A program made the position numbers and the translations under genes. DNA of 63,917 bases, the filler included, from Octopus bimaculoides (lineage: Eukaryota): assembly GCF_001194135.2 (NCBI RefSeq). It is 5 parts of 5 records of this genome, joined end to end, with 100 filler letters (N's around TTAATTAATTAA, not from the genome) between each part and the next. Parts side by side here need not be neighbours in the genome. Positions count along the whole stretch, not along the records: positions 31,363 to 58,553 come from NC_068992.1; positions 58,654 to 61,263 come from NC_068996.1; positions 61,364 to 62,673 come from NC_068986.1; 2 more parts are not named here. One strand, 5' to 3'. Within the stretch, counting starts at the first letter, position 1. Each line of letters opens with the position of its first letter. The notes beneath the pieces were generated by a model. That model worked only from the letters and a program-made list of their open reading frames with translations. It did not search any database and was not told where the DNA came from. This document shows positions 51,380 to 62,434 of this stretch, piece after piece.

Positions 51380-51933
51380 TGCCTTTACATCATTGAAAAT
51401 ATATTAGCTGCATATTTATCGTGTTTTGATTGCCATCATGTTTCAACATTTATTATTCAATTTAATCTGAAATATATTTAATTTAAAATAAATTTAATTT
51501 ACACGGAATTTGATGTAATTAATTTAATTACTGAAATTTTAGACAGAATGCAAAAACCAAAACAAATATGAGAGAGAGAGAGAGAAAGTGAGAAAGAGTA
51601 GAGACTACCTACTAGCAAATAATTACCCGTTGTGTTGTAGGCTTCCAAAGTGATTGGTTAGAAAATGAGTATGATGACCTTAGCAAGTACGTCGGTACTA
51701 TTGACTGACTTAAGAATCAATGCCGGAGCACTTCCTTGTTAAATATACTAGCTAAAATTTCTAAGAAATCACAATCTAAGACCTAAAAGAAGAGAAAGAA
51801 CACTGACTGAAATACCACGGAGGTCAAAACATACCATATACTCTCGAATTGAATACGGAGCTGGTGTACTCAGTTACGAATTGCTTTCAGCTGAGCCTGA
51901 CTTCAGTTCTGTCATATAATATGTATGTGTGTT

Positions 51934-51980
<47 letters not shown>

Positions 51981-51981
51981 A

Positions 51982-52009
<28 letters not shown>

Positions 52010-52018
<9 letters not shown>

Positions 52019-52190
52019 AAGAAAGAGAGTGTTTGGATGATGTATTTACATTAAAATGCAGAAATGACTTTCACCTAATACTGATTCTGTTGCANNNNNN
52101 NNNNGAGAGAGAGAAAGAAAGAGAGTGTTTGGATGATGTATTTACATTAAAATGCAGAGATGACTTTCACCTAATACTGATTCTGTTGCA
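52010..52190. other. Probable assembly overlap (haplotype duplication across a 10-N gap)
   Basis: ~85 bp are repeated either side of the N10 with a single a/g difference. Confidence 0.85.
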
Positions 52191-52240
52191 CGTAATGAAT
52201 ACATGTATGTATGTAGTATGTATGTATGTATGTATGTATG

Positions 52241-52275
<35 letters not shown>

Positions 52276-52280
52276 TTGTG

Positions 52281-52311
<31 letters not shown>

Positions 52312-53241
52312 GTGAGCGTGTGTGTGGTGTGTTGCGTGTGTGTGTGTGTATGTGTGTGTTCATATACATATATTTATATATATCCGGAGATCCCTGTAAG
52401 ACTAAGGATTTCCTCCTTCAAAATTCTGGTTCTAACCTTATTAAAGACGAGTATTTGCTATTTGCCCCTGACTGGAAGTCACTCCTCCTCACACGATTGA
52501 TGCTGTCCGAAGAAAAGACAAAGATTGATACAGCTCGGCATTCATGCAATAATGTGGCCTCAGACCTTTCTATCACAACACAAAGAACGTGAACATCTAC
52601 CGAAAAGCATTCCGTCCCCAACGGTTCTAATAGTTTTATTATTCCACTTGCCTGATGCTTATCTTATTTCCTTGTTTATAATTTTGACTCTTATATATAA
52701 AGAGATTTTTCTCCTGGTCTACAGTATCCATAATATCAGCTAGTCACGCTTGGGAATCCTACAGGAACGTTTACGGACGGTTGCTTGTAAAAAGACTTTA
52801 TGGGGGAGATATCTGAATTGTCTAACCCCGCATCCTTCCCAAAAGTAGTGGGCGAAGAATTGAAAGGACAAATGTGTAGATGTGTGTACCTTGTGTGGAC
52901 TGGTAATATAATGAGGAACCAATATCTTTTACCACATTTTAGGCTTAATCTGAAGTATTTTCAATGAAATTGGGTAGATGGGAATTTTGTGGAACTTCGT
53001 TGGATGGATTGTTGTTGTCATTTGAAAATGAAACCGCGTCACAGACTATCACACTTTCAAAAGACCAACTCCATATACAGTGTTACGCTGACTCTGCCTG
53101 AAGATTACGTTAATGGCACATGCGCCTGTAAACATGTTATCCATTTAAACGCTAAACCAGTGAGAATGTAATTCGTTTGGCCCAACAACTGAATAATGAT
53201 TGTCAAAGACGACAGAGAGGTCTATTTTATTTTGTATTACA

Positions 53242-53852
53242 TTAGGTTAGAAAGAAAGTCCTGTCGCATTTTAAGATGAGAAAGACACGTGCGCATCTTT
53301 GGTGTTCATTGATATACTTAATCAAGATAATATTTACCCATCTTATTGATAACGTAAACCCATCTATTTCGCCAAATTGTTAATTCCTTGGGCATTGAGG
53401 TTTCCTTGAGATTTCGAAACAAAAAAGCCTACTATATCGTTTTTAATGTCTTGACAGTTATTAAACTGTTATTCTCTAAATAATGTTACAATGATCTGAA
53501 AGGATAAAGGATGAAGTCAGCTGAAGCAAGGTTAGGAGAGTATAGAGTAAGGAACGAAACTAGAAACCATCGTTGGCATATCCGGAAACCTAAAGCTTCA
53601 TTTCCATAAACAGAAAGACTATGTATTGCTGCTTCCTTCACTGAAGTGTTCATTTTGAATTCATACCTCATGCAGTTTCATATGAGTCTGATCATAACTC
53701 ATTTAAAAAAGATCAAAATCGATACAGTTTAACCACATTCGTATAGATTAATCTACAAAGAAGCAAAAACACATTATTTTACTGTAAATATGGAGAAAGT
53801 ACGCTCGAAATAGTCATGTCACAGATGCGACAGGAGCTTCTTTCCAACCTAA
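53242..53852 (-). mobile_element. Internally deleted mariner transposon with both TIRs
   Basis: TIRs ttaggttagaaagaaagtcctgtcgcat (53242-53269) and atgcgacaggagcttctttccaacctaa (53825-53852), with a TA flank at 53853. The minus strand has the N-terminal HTH ...EAA...VYG.EAL....CQRWF fused directly to YSPNLASADF..FRSL and the C-terminal GI..L..RW..VI...G.Y. Confidence 0.9.
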
Positions 53853-54637
53853 TATCTCAAATTAAGTTGTAACGTTCAATTTGTACGACAGTACAACATT
53901 ATTTAAATGAAATTTGGTTTTTCTCTCAGGCAAATTGATCGACCACATAGTGCCTCCTCGTCTGGGGTTGTTGTAACGTGTATGATATACGTGCATATGC
54001 GTAGAACCGCTGACAAAAGGTGATTATGTTACAGTCAACTCGGTGCATTGTTTTCACATCAGTTCTTAAGCTGTGTGGTAAGAAAGTTAATTATTATCAC
54101 AACAGTGATGATTTTAATTGTATTTTGTTTTATCGTTAATTCGTTGATATTTTGTATTTTTTCATTGTTTTAAGTCCGTTTTCTGCTTTTTTTTCTTCTT
54201 TTTACACCCGGAAAGGACGACAGTCGACATGGCGTGGAGGGCAGTGAGAGAACTACACATTACATACATGTACATACACATACACATTTATATATACACT
54301 AGCCCACTTCGTCTGCCACACACACACACATACACATACACATATACAAATGCTTTCTTTGCAATACACGCACACATGCACGCATAGAAACCCACGCACA
54401 CACGGTCTCTAGCACGTAAGCGTGCGAGCGACCGTCCGAACACATAGACAAACACACGCACACTCACACACCTACACTGACACAAACACATATACACACA
54501 CACACAATGTCTGGTTCAATTGGTTTGAATTTTGACATTTCTTCATTCTGCTGATCTGACTTTTCTCACGTTCACACAGTCCTACTCCTATCTTAATGAT
54601 CTTTCACACCAACATAATTGTCATCAGCAAAACTATC

Positions 54638-54638
54638 G

Positions 54639-54695
<57 letters not shown>

Positions 54696-54840
54696 CCGTC
54701 ATCGTCGTCGTCGTCGTCGTCGTGTCATCACCCTTATCATGACATTCATCCACATCAATAACGTCATGATCGTTATCACCACCATCAACATCATCATCAT
54801 CATCATCATCCTCATCATCACCACCACCACCACCACCATC

Positions 54841-54889
<49 letters not shown>

Positions 54890-55060
54890 CATCATCATCA
54901 TCATCAACATCATCATCATCATCGTCATCGTCGTCGTCATCATCATCACGTTACCATCACAATCATCTCTATTATCATCGTCATCATCATCATTATCATC
55001 ATTGTTATATGTGTCATCGTGCTCAAGATCGTTGTTGCTATTTTTTAAATTCTTCTTCTT

Positions 55061-55090
<30 letters not shown>
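54638..55090. repeat. (CAT)/(CGT)/(CAC)n and (TTC)n compound microsatellite
   Basis: Direct reading. Confidence 0.95.
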
Positions 55091-55091
<1 letters not shown>

Positions 55092-55405
55092 TGGTCTCTA
55101 ACATTGACATCGTTGTTATCAACACCATCATTAACAGTGACGCCACCAGCGGCCGCTGTCGGACATCATTAAGTTCGATGTGACATTTAAGCTTATTCAG
55201 AGATAAAACGCGTCGCTCACACACACATACAGACAAACAAACACACACACACACACACAAGCACACACACACACACAAAAACACACAAACACACACATAC
55301 AACACATACAACACATATATACATACACACACCGCCTATTCACAGACGTGTTTGTATGTATATATTAATATATATATATATATGTCTGTTAAAGTCTGTC
55401 ATACC

Positions 55406-55445
55406 GGCCATGACGAAGGGAAATAGCCCTGAAACTCGAGTCGCC
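55406..55445 (+). ncRNA. Minimal type I hammerhead ribozyme-like motif inside (TA)n
   Basis: GGC-C(A)TGACGA-AGGG-aaatag-CCCT-GAAA-CTCGAG-TC-GCC. All three stems pair, the triplet is GUC, and there is one extra A in the 5' core. Confidence 0.6.
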
Positions 55446-55895
55446 TTTATATATATATATTTATATTTATATATTTATATATTTGATCCTTTATATTGAA
55501 CACTCAATATTTCATCTACATTCAATACTTTCTTTCATGGTGCCATCCATTTTTATTTTATTTTATTTTATATTGTATATATATATATATATNNNNNNNN
55601 NNNNNNNNNNNNNNNNNNNNNNNNNNNNNNNNNNNNNNNNNNNNNNNNNNNNNNNNNNNNNNNNNNNNNNNNNNNNNNNNNNNNNNNNNNNNNNNNNNNN
55701 NNNNNNNNNNNNNNNNNNNNNNNNNNNNNNNNNNNNNNNNNNNNNNNNNNNNNNNNNNNNNNNNNNNNNNNNNNNNNNNNNNNNNNNNNNNNNNNNNNNN
55801 NNNNNNNNNNNATATATATACATATATATATACATATATATATACATATATATACATATATATATATATTTACATATATATATATATATATATAC

Positions 55896-55928
<33 letters not shown>

Positions 55929-55929
<1 letters not shown>

Positions 55930-56236
55930 ATGAAGTAATGTTCGTAACCGCTTCAATATGGCTGGTCCGTTCGAACAGACTTTACTGCGATCTTTTAACC
56001 CCCAGAGGACATCTCTTCTTGCTGGTTAATGATGCCCAGCTGCATCCGATATATTGCGAGCAGGGGAACGAACTCCTACCACCTTCTAATGACTGGACCA
56101 GCGTAGGGGTTCGTTCCGTTGCTCGCAATATATCGGATGCAGTTGCGTATCGCTAAGCAGCTACAGATGTCCTCTTCGGGTAGAGTCCGTTCGAGCAGAA
56201 CAGCCGTGTTGAAGTGACTACGATCATCACTTGCTA
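55929..56236. repeat. ~308-bp foldback (long imperfect palindrome), MITE-like
   Basis: The inner arms 56040-56079 and 56103-56142 have 3 mismatches in 40 bp. Outer pairing continues with bulges to 55929/56236. Confidence 0.8.
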
Positions 56237-57415
56237 GTACAACTACTGCGATTATCTCGTAGAGGGATTTTAAAACTAGCTTTTTAGCTTAAATCTTTGT
56301 ACATATATATACGTATATCTATTTGGATATATGCACATGCACATACAAACATACATACATACATACACGTATGCATATATATATATATATATATATATAT
56401 ANNNNNNNNNNNNNNNNNNNNNNNNNNNNNNNNNNNNNNNNNNNNNNNNNNNNNNNNNNNNNNNNNNNNNNNNNNNNNNNNNNNNNNNNNNNNNNNNNNN
56501 NNNNNNNNNNNNNNNNNNNNNNNNNNNNNNNNNNNNNNNNNNNNNNNNNNNNNNNNNNNNNNNNNNNNNNNNNNNNNNNNNNNNNNNNNNNNNNNNNNNN
56601 NNNNNNNNNNNNNNNNNNNNNNNNNNNNNNNNNNNNNNNNNNNNNNNNNNNNNNNNNNNNNNNNNNNNNNNNNNNNNNNNNNNNNNNNNNNNNNNNNNNN
56701 NNNNNNNNNNNNNNNNNNNNNNNNNNNNNNNNNNNNNNNNNNNNNNNNNNNNNNNNNNNNNNNNNNNNNNNNNNNNNNNNNNNNNNNNNNNNNNNNNNNN
56801 NNNNNNNNNNNNNNNNNNNNNNNNNNNNNNNNNNNNNNNNNNNNNNNNNNNNNNNNNNNNNNNNNNNNNNNNNNNNNNNNNNNNNNNNNNNNNNNNNNNN
56901 NNNNNNNNNNNNNNNNNNNNNNNNNNNNNNNNNNNNNNNNNNNNNNNNNNNNNNNNNNNNNNNNNNNNNNNNNNNNNNNNNNNNNNNNNNNNNNNNNNNN
57001 NNNNNNNNNNNNNNNNNNNNNNNNNNNNNNNNNNNNNNNNNNNNNNNNNNNNNNNNNNNNNNNNNNNNNNNNNNNNNNNNNNNNNNNNNNNNNNNNNNNN
57101 NNNNNNNNNNNNNNNNNNNNNNNNNNNNNNNNNNNNNNNNNNNNNNNNNNNNNNNNNNNNNNNNNNNNNNNNNNNNNNNNNNNNNNNNNNNNNNNNNNNN
57201 NNNNNNNNNNNNNNNNNNNNNNNNNNNNNNNNNNNNNNNNNNNNNNNNNNNNNNNNNNNNNNNNNNNNNNNNNNNNNNNNNNNNNNNNNNNNNNNNNNNN
57301 NNNNNNNNGAAAGAGAAGAAAAAAATAAAAATATAAAAAGGTTACAATGACATAATACAATATGTTAGCATACATGTAAAATCAAACGGACCTAATACAT
57401 TACATCCTGGCTCTC

Positions 57416-57466
57416 TTTACCTCGAATGCAGAATTATGCATATCGTAATTCTGTATTCGAGGTAAA
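57416..57466. repeat. 23-bp stem hairpin
   Basis: tttacctcgaatgcagaattatg-catat-cgtaattctgtattcgaggtaaa. Both non-Watson-Crick positions are G-U on the plus strand. Confidence 0.8.
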
Positions 57467-57467
57467 T

Positions 57468-57756
57468 CTTATCTGGCCACCACAGTTCCTAGATCTCAAT
57501 ATTATTGAACATTTATGGTGCATTTTATAAAAACAAGTAAGGAATCGATATCCTCCACCATCATCACTACAAGAACTGGAGAATGTTTTCGCTGAAGAAT
57601 GGATAAAAATTTCTTTCGATACAATTCAAAATTTGTAGGAGTCCATACCTCGTAGAATTCAAGCTGTAATTGCTGCCATGGGGTTGTCCTACCCAATAAT
57701 TAAATCAATTCGTTTGAAATTTTAAGGTGTTCCTATTATTCTGTCCAACCCTTGTA
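57468..57756 (+). mobile_element. Tc1-family transposase C-terminal remnant with 3' TIR
   Basis: WPPQFLDLNIIEHLW..L*KQVRNRYPPPSSLQEL...EEW..I....IQNL*ESIPRRIQAVIAA, then the TIR-like gtgttcctattattctgtccaacccttg followed by TA. Confidence 0.9.
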
Positions 57757-57773
57757 TGTACGATTGCACACAT

Positions 57774-57808
<35 letters not shown>

Positions 57809-58304
57809 NNNNNNNNNNGCCGAGATACGTTTAAAAGATGAATCCTTGTTATACTAAATCAGCCGATTTCCCTTTCGTCCTCCTAGATTCGATAAAATGA
57901 ACACAATAGATTTAATTGATTATTTACCCAACCAAATATGTAACCTTGAACCAATTGCTTCGGTATTGATCATTATATCTGTTTGATTTTCTTTTTTTTC
58001 TTCTTTTGCTTGTTTGTTTCTTTTTTTATATATAGATATCAATCGTTATATTCGGTAATAGTATATTTTTCTGCTTCAAATGTAATACTCAGTAATTACA
58101 CTCTGGAACCACTCCTAACTCTTTTCACTAACTTCTTGTCAACAGGAGCGCCCCTTCTTTATCACAAGGCCAGGTACATACAGAAGCCCTATACCCCTGG
58201 AATCATACAGTACAATCTTCTTGAAACATACGCTGAAGGATTGGACCTTAATTTTTCAATATATTATCCTGTAAACCCTATAATATATGATTGTTCAGCT
58301 AATC

Positions 58305-58521
58305 TCTTTTCTCTCTTTTACTTCTTTCAGTCATTTGACTGCGGCCATGCTGGAGCACTACCTTTATAGTCGACCAAATTGACTCCAGAGCTTATTCTTT
58401 GTAAGCCTAGTACTTATTTTATCGTTCTCTTTTGCGGAACCGCTAAGTTACGGGGACGCAAACACACCAACATCGGTTGTCATGCAATGCTGGGGGGACA
58501 AACAATCATATACACACACAT

Positions 58522-58553
<32 letters not shown>
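58305..58553 (-). mobile_element. SINE family A, 3' half
   Basis: tttcagtcatttgactgcggccatgctggagcac...gctaagttacggggacg. Confidence 0.8.
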
Positions 58554-59078
58554 NNNNNNNNNNNNNNNNNNNNNNNNNNNNNNNNNNNNNNNNNNNNTTA
58601 ATTAATTAANNNNNNNNNNNNNNNNNNNNNNNNNNNNNNNNNNNNNNNNNNNNATTTATCTTATGATATTTACTTTACTTTATATTATACTCATTTATTG
58701 TGCTTTTAATTATTATTTTTCTATATGTGATAGTGGATTTTCATCGATGAGTTCTTGAAAATTGGTTATTTTCCCTAAAACTATATATTTTATATATACT
58801 TTATCTATAAGGCTCAATTTAATTTTAATTTTTTATAAATTGATTTTAATTGAGTTTTTTACCTGTAATTTTGGATTTTGTCCCTAATATTATTATTATT
58901 ATATATATATATATATATATATACCTCACTTCTATTGGTGAAGGTAGATGCATACAGGTGTAGTACATACATGTATAGCTACATCTAGCTACCTCGCTAT
59001 AAGTGCGTGTTTATGTGTGAGTGTGTATTTATGTGTGTGTGTGCGCGCGTGCGCGTGTGTGTATGCTTGTACGCATCC

Positions 59079-59120
<42 letters not shown>

Positions 59121-59208
59121 GCAAACATGTATATACATATATAATACATATATCTTCTTTTCGTAGTTTCAGCTAAGAGTTGTGGCCATGTTGGAGCATT
59201 TATGTCTT

Positions 59209-59239
<31 letters not shown>

Positions 59240-59896
59240 TTATGGATATTTATATATGTATATATTTATGGATATATATATATAGGTGTGTATATAATTA
59301 TGGATATATATATATGCCTCGATATATGTGTGTGTATGTGTATATATAGTTTCACACGTTTAGCACTGTATACAATAAGTTCATTATATTATTTGTAAGT
59401 GAAGCTGGCTCTACATACGTAAGTGCATTTATGGATTTTACTATTACAATATAAGCGGTGAGAATGAAAAGAATACAATCGAAAACTGTAACTAAGAAGT
59501 AAAAAAAAAAAGACATAAAGGAACGAGTGTGAACGCGTATACACATGGTAATGCGCACATACGCACACACACACACACGCACGCGCATATACTCTGCGGA
59601 CAAATACATAAATCATACGTCTGTTAAAAACAATGAACCACAGACACACTCCTCACAAACTCAGCATCGTATATACTCATGCACAACTCAAAAGCTATAA
59701 ATACAATAAATAAATTTGAAGGCGATGAGATAGACGTGAGGTAACGACGGCGTTTCATTGAGGAAATCATGGATGGTGATCAAAGAACTTTGATAAACGA
59801 GTAACTTGATTGATCGCTCGAACGCTTAATCAAACAATCGATTGCTTAAATGGTGTATTAGCTGGCGAATAATAATCATAAAAATAATAATTCTTT

Positions 59897-60065
59897 TTTA
59901 CTAAAGGCACAAGGAACTAGTTGATTACGTCGACCCCAGTATTCTATCGACCTCGAAGGATGAAAGGCAAAGTCGACCTCGGCGTAATTTGAACCCGGAA
60001 CGTAGTGACGAGCGAAATACAGCATTTCGTCTAGCGTGCAAACGATTCTGCCAGCTCTCCGCCTT

Positions 60066-60066
<1 letters not shown>
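59897..60066 (-). mobile_element. tRNA-derived SINE, family D (internally shortened)
   Basis: gatgaaaggcaaagtcgacctcggcg...gattctgccagctctccgcctt. Confidence 0.7.
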
Positions 60067-60137
<71 letters not shown>

Positions 60138-60190
60138 AAGAAGAAGAAGAAGAAGAAGAAGAAGAAGAAGAAGAAGAAGAAGAAGAAGAA
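60067..60190. repeat. (AAT)n then (AAG)n microsatellite
   Basis: Direct reading. Confidence 0.95.
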
Positions 60191-60746
60191 ATGCCCTGAT
60201 GCAGTACCAGGCAGTGGCTCTCATGGCTTCTGATCTTAATTGATTGGAAGTGTTATCATGTACATTGTTTTGTCTTGGTATAAAAGATGGGCTACAGCAA
60301 ATGTTCTGCTCAATACCACAGATTTGCTTGTCAGTTGTTTGACCTTAACCATTTGAGCATGTTCCTTGGTGGCTGACGATATGTGCATCTCTGATCATGA
60401 GCAGAAGTAGTGGAGGAGCATCATAGCCATGTGTTGAGAGGAATTCTTTGGGGTTTGGATAATCCACCTCAGGAAACAAGTGTGTTTCGTTCAATATCCC
60501 TAAACAAGCCTTATGCAGGGACCTTTTGAGTAGAATGGGCTACTCAACCTGAAGAAGATTCTAACCGGGCCCCACATGCAAGGTCATGCACTGTTTAACT
60601 TGGCATGAGATCACCATGTCGCACACATATGGTTATGATGCATGTATCTTGTGCACCTTTATCAGACGGGTAGTCATGATGGGTATAATGGGCTTCATAT
60701 ATTTTACCCTAGTGTCACTTTGATGGCATGCGTTGCTCTCTCACTC
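60191..60746. mobile_element. Unclassified ~556-bp non-coding insert between trinucleotide tracts
   Basis: A complex, higher-GC block with sharp boundaries at (AAG)n and (AAT)n. It has no tRNA head, TIR or convincing ORF, and is single-copy in this window. Confidence 0.45.

Positions 60747-60825
<79 letters not shown>
60747..60825. repeat. (AAT)n microsatellite at the 5' junction of a Dong-type RT
   Basis: Direct reading. Confidence 0.95.
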
Positions 60826-60828
<3 letters not shown>

Positions 60829-61263
60829 TTATATGCTAAAAACGACAGAGAGCTAGAAACATTACTACATGTCTGTACACGGCTTTACCAAGGAAATAGA
60901 TATGAAATTCGGATTAGAAAAATGTGCCAAAGCAACCCTGAAAAGAGGAGAATTAGTTAAAAGTAGCAATATAACACTAGATAAAGCCAATGAAATAAGA
61001 GAACTAGACGAAAGCCAACCATATAAGTATTTAGGAGTCAATGAACTAGATAGGATACAACATACACAAATGAAAGAAAAAATAAAGAAAGAGTACTATA
61101 GACGAGTTAGATCAATACTAAAAACAGAGCTCAATGCTAAAAACAAGATAATGGGTATCAACACTTTAGCTGTCCCAGTTATAAGCTACAGCTACAACAT
61201 CCTTAACTGGACACTAAACGAACTATCTAAAATAGACAGGAAAACAAGAAAAATAATGACAGG
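60826..61263 (+). mobile_element. R4/Dong-type RLE retrotransposon RT fragment, 5'-truncated
   Basis: KLYAKND.ELETLL / VHGFTKEIDMKFGLEKCAKATLKRG...YKYLGVNE...KEKIKKEYYRRVRSILKTELNAKNKIMGINTLAVPVISYS...W...EL.KIDRKTRKIMT. One frameshift; cut by the spacer. Confidence 0.92.
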
Positions 61264-62289
61264 NNNNNNNNNNNNNNNNNNNNNNNNNNNNNNNNNNNNN
61301 NNNNNNNTTAATTAATTAANNNNNNNNNNNNNNNNNNNNNNNNNNNNNNNNNNNNNNNNNNNNCACGCACACACGCACACACACGCACACATATACATAC
61401 ATACACACATACATACATACACACATACATACATACATACATACATACATACATACATACATACATGTATGTGTGTGTGTCTGCTGTCTGTTTGAATAAA
61501 ATAAGTTTTACTTTTTAATATCGAAGGTAAATTTTTTTATTATATGTCTATAAATACGACAGTAAAAAATACAAAAATGTTTTCCACATAACAAATGTTT
61601 CCATGCAGCAGTTTTACTGTATAAGTATTAGTGTATGTTTTCACAAGGTGATTTTACACGCACAATCCTAAAAGAAAAGAGAGAAAGAGAGAGGGAGAGA
61701 GAGAGAATATTACTGCTTAATGAAAGGTTTTTGGATGAAATAAAGTTTCCGAATATATAAAGTTTTACTAAATAAATTTTAGTACATGTTGTAGCCAAAA
61801 GTGGTTCTGCAGTAGAAGAAAAATGATACTTTACTGACCGGGACCGGTTTTCGCTGTTTTTCAGCTACTCAATGCATTTTTAGACACACACATATAAAGT
61901 TCTTTTTTTGGAATAGTGGATCTCGAAACAGACAAAGCTATTAATGACTTGTAAATATTAGATTGAAAAACGCTTTTGGATAGGAAAGTTAAAGGCTGCC
62001 TGTGGGACGTTTTATGACGTCACCAGTATACGCACACTTTATACACACATGCTTACGCAAACACACCACGCCACCAGCCACTTCCTTCCTTCCGGTCAAT
62101 TCAACGTGTAGCATCATTAATTCAGAGAAGTTTTTTTCCTCCTCCTTTCTTTTCGTAGAAGAGCATAGGCTCAAAACGTTAAAGACTTCTAATTATCCTG
62201 AGCGTCAAACCAATACACTCTGTTCGTTGTTATTTCAGCTGCCTCTGTTTTTGGTATATGCTTTCTGTATAGCTATTGTATAATTTTAG

Positions 62290-62335
<46 letters not shown>

Positions 62336-62360
62336 GTAAAAATATGTGACAATTATTCGG

Positions 62361-62434
62361 TAGCCATGATAAAACTCCGAGTTTCGGATGCCAGAGTGGA
62401 AACCCACGCCGCCATCTCTTCAGTTATCTGGCCA
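62361..62434 (-). ncRNA. Type I hammerhead ribozyme-like motif with extended stems I and II
   Basis: The minus strand reads TGGCCA-GATAA-CTGAAGA-GATG...GTGG-gttt-CCAC...CATC-C-GAAA-CTCGGAG-TT-TTATC-a-TGGCTA. Confidence 0.7.

Noticed and set aside
52010-52190. 85-bp direct repeat around a 10-N gap
   Set aside because: It is a typical unmerged haplotype overlap with one SNP, not a biological duplication.
62015-62095. CRE palindrome TGACGTCA, ETS-like CTTCCGG and a minus-strand GTAAGC donor
   Set aside because: It is promoter-like but unsupported without TSS data.
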